Below, piece after piece: positions 62,528-64,000 of a stretch of DNA of 64,000 nt. The DNA lies in NCBI GenBank assembly GCA_050253415.1, contig JBFWJC010000002.1:704725-768724 (forward strand), given 5' to 3'. Made by a program: the position numbers and the translations under genes. Positions within the stretch are counted from its first letter, which is position 1, and each line of letters opens with the position of its first letter. Source of the DNA: Pedobacter sp. (GTDB lineage: Bacteria > Desulfobacterota > Desulfuromonadia > Desulfuromonadales > Syntrophotaleaceae). Under the pieces are notes generated by a model that made no database searches, was not told the origin of the DNA, and saw nothing but the letters and a program-made list of their open reading frames with translations.

Positions 62528-64000
62528 ATGAGTAAAACCGAAAAACCGGGAACGGAAGGCCAATCCAAACCACTGGTTGCCTCATCTCACCCGGCACGAG
62601 ACTCTCGACCTTTCACCAGTTTATCTCTTCAGGAACAACAGGATAGGGTACGTCGGGCCGACCCGTCCACCCGTTATCGTATGATTCTCGAGGTTGCCGA
62701 CGGTCAGGCGCTGGTACAGTCTTTGGCCTCGCAGGACCTGTTTTTGACCATTAAAGAACTGGGCCGGGACGAGGTGCCGGAACTTGTCTCCATGGCCTCG
62801 GGTGAACAGTTGACCGCATTTGTCGATCTTGACTGCTGGCGCAAGGATCTGATCGATGCACCGGAAGCGTTGCATTGGCTGGCCTTGGCCATGACCGAAG
62901 GCGAAGACAAAGTTTTGGAGGCTGCACTTTCCATCGATTTTGAGCTGCTGGTGCTCATCATGCGCAACTTCGTGCAGGTTCTGAGGGGCGCGCAGGCTTT
63001 TGAGGATGAAGACAATCCCGCTGACCGCTCCAAGTGCATTGGCGGGTATGAGCTGGAAATGCTGCAACCGAAGTATGCGAAGCTTGTAAGAAGTATGCTG
63101 GATTGCCTGTACCGTCTGGATGAAGGTTTTTATACCCATCTGATGGAGGTGTTGCGGTGGGAACTCCCATCCTCCCTTGAGGAGAACGCCTTTCAGTCCC
63201 ACTGCGAACGTCTGCAGGATCTCGGTTTTCCTGATCCCTCGCAGGCTAGGGAAATCTATGCCTGGGTCGATCCGGATACCTTTGATGCGGAGCAGTACCG
63301 GCGCCATCCGGGGATGCCCGAAACCGAACCGGCTCCCGGCTTTGTTTTGAGCGTGGTGCGGGCCAGGGATCTGCTGGGAGAAGTCCTGGCAGCCGGCCTG
63401 AATGATGCTTCTGGTTGGGAACTGACTTATCTGGCCAATAAGGTGCTGGTGGCCGATGGTATCGACTTTGGCGACCGTGCTCAGTTGCAGGGCGCCATGG
63501 ACAAGGTCTACGGGTATCTGAATCTGGCGCTCGAACATTTGTGTCATACCGATGAGCAACGTGCAACCCAGCTGTTTGGCGACACGTATCTGTTGCCCCT
63601 GTTTCGGCTGGGATACAGTCTGACATTGCAATTGCAGCGGCAGGCCAGGCGATTGCTGGCGTCGTCCGTCGGTCCTTGGCTCGATGGTGTCTGGCAACAG
63701 TGCATCGAGCTCGTTGCCATGGGACAGCCCGTTTGTCCCCGGGTGCTGGATGAACCATCCGTTGAAGGTGCGCGGCCCTATCGCAACATGTCCGATGTGC
63801 GCCGGGTTAAGGAATTGCTCGACACGGCAGATGCGACCCGCCGGTTGTTCGAGGAACATTTCCCCTTCCGTTTGCCGGTACCGGACGAGCTTGATCTGAA
63901 CGGCTGCCAGCCGGAGCAGCCCCAGGCTGTCGGCCTGCGGCACTTTTTCCTTACTGCTCTGGCCAATCGCCTGCTGGGCAGGGCGTTTGATGCTACGCCG
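62528..64000 (+). CDS. DUF6178-like conserved protein (partial, runs off the window end)
   Basis: Frame read from ATG 62528 after GGGAG: ...LVQSL..QDLFLTIKELG...EQL..FVDLDCW...LHWL. Absent from the ORF track, consistent with no stop codon inside the window. Confidence 0.75.
   Translation, partial: MSKTEKPGTEGQSKPLVASSHPARDSRPFTSLSLQEQQDRVRRADPSTRYRMILEVADGQALVQSLASQDLFLTIKELGRDEVPELVSMASGEQLTAFVDLDCWRKDLIDAPEALHWLALAMTEGEDKVLEAALSIDFELLVLIMRNFVQVLRGAQAFEDEDNPADRSKCIGGYELEMLQPKYAKLVRSMLDCLYRLDEGFYTHLMEVLRWELPSSLEENAFQSHCERLQDLGFPDPSQAREIYAWVDPDTFDAEQYRRHPGMPETEPAPGFVLSVVRARDLLGEVLAAGLNDASGWELTYLANKVLVADGIDFGDRAQLQGAMDKVYGYLNLALEHLCHTDEQRATQLFGDTYLLPLFRLGYSLTLQLQRQARRLLASSVGPWLDGVWQQCIELVAMGQPVCPRVLDEPSVEGARPYRNMSDVRRVKELLDTADATRRLFEEHFPFRLPVPDELDLNGCQPEQPQAVGLRHFFLTALANRLLGRAFDATP

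Overview
A 64 kb GC-rich bacterial chromosomal window. Gene content, gene order and intergenic repeats resemble Desulfuromonadales (Pelobacter/Syntrophotalea/Geobacter-like); this is inferred, not searched. From 1 to 7.8 kb lies an acyl-CoA cluster: thiolase tail plus DUF35, acetoacetate-CoA ligase, an acylating aldehyde dehydrogenase and prpBCD. From 8 to 33.7 kb is a long minus-strand housekeeping run: larB, larC, pgpA, cinA, thpR, recA, pilT, recX, alaS, hslVU, argBDFGH, lysA, dapA, dapB and dapL. The most interesting part is the accessory-looking block at 33.8-47 kb. It encodes a TonB-dependent receptor and an ECF-type transporter, each behind a near-duplicate promoter carrying a ModE-like palindrome over its -10. 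These are followed by a stand-alone TiaS-like (DDTD) enzyme, a small Cys-rich protein, a DxDGDG-repeat exported protein and a dedicated ExbB/ExbD/TonB set. Nearby are a lone molybdenum-storage-protein (MoSto) homolog and a well-formed sRNA candidate. Together these suggest an undescribed Mo/W-responsive cofactor or metal-chelate import-and-processing system. From 47 to 64 kb are an HgtR-like small protein, a succinyl-CoA:acetate CoA-transferase, bamD, rpoH with a perfect CIRCE, recQ, xth, ompW, an OmpA-family protein, a LolA-like/MacB-type ABC system and a DUF6178-like gene running off the end. Several families of REP-like, nonamer and heptamer intergenic repeats are present. No rRNA, tRNA, CRISPR array or transposase was seen. 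All family calls come from motif recognition, not database searches.
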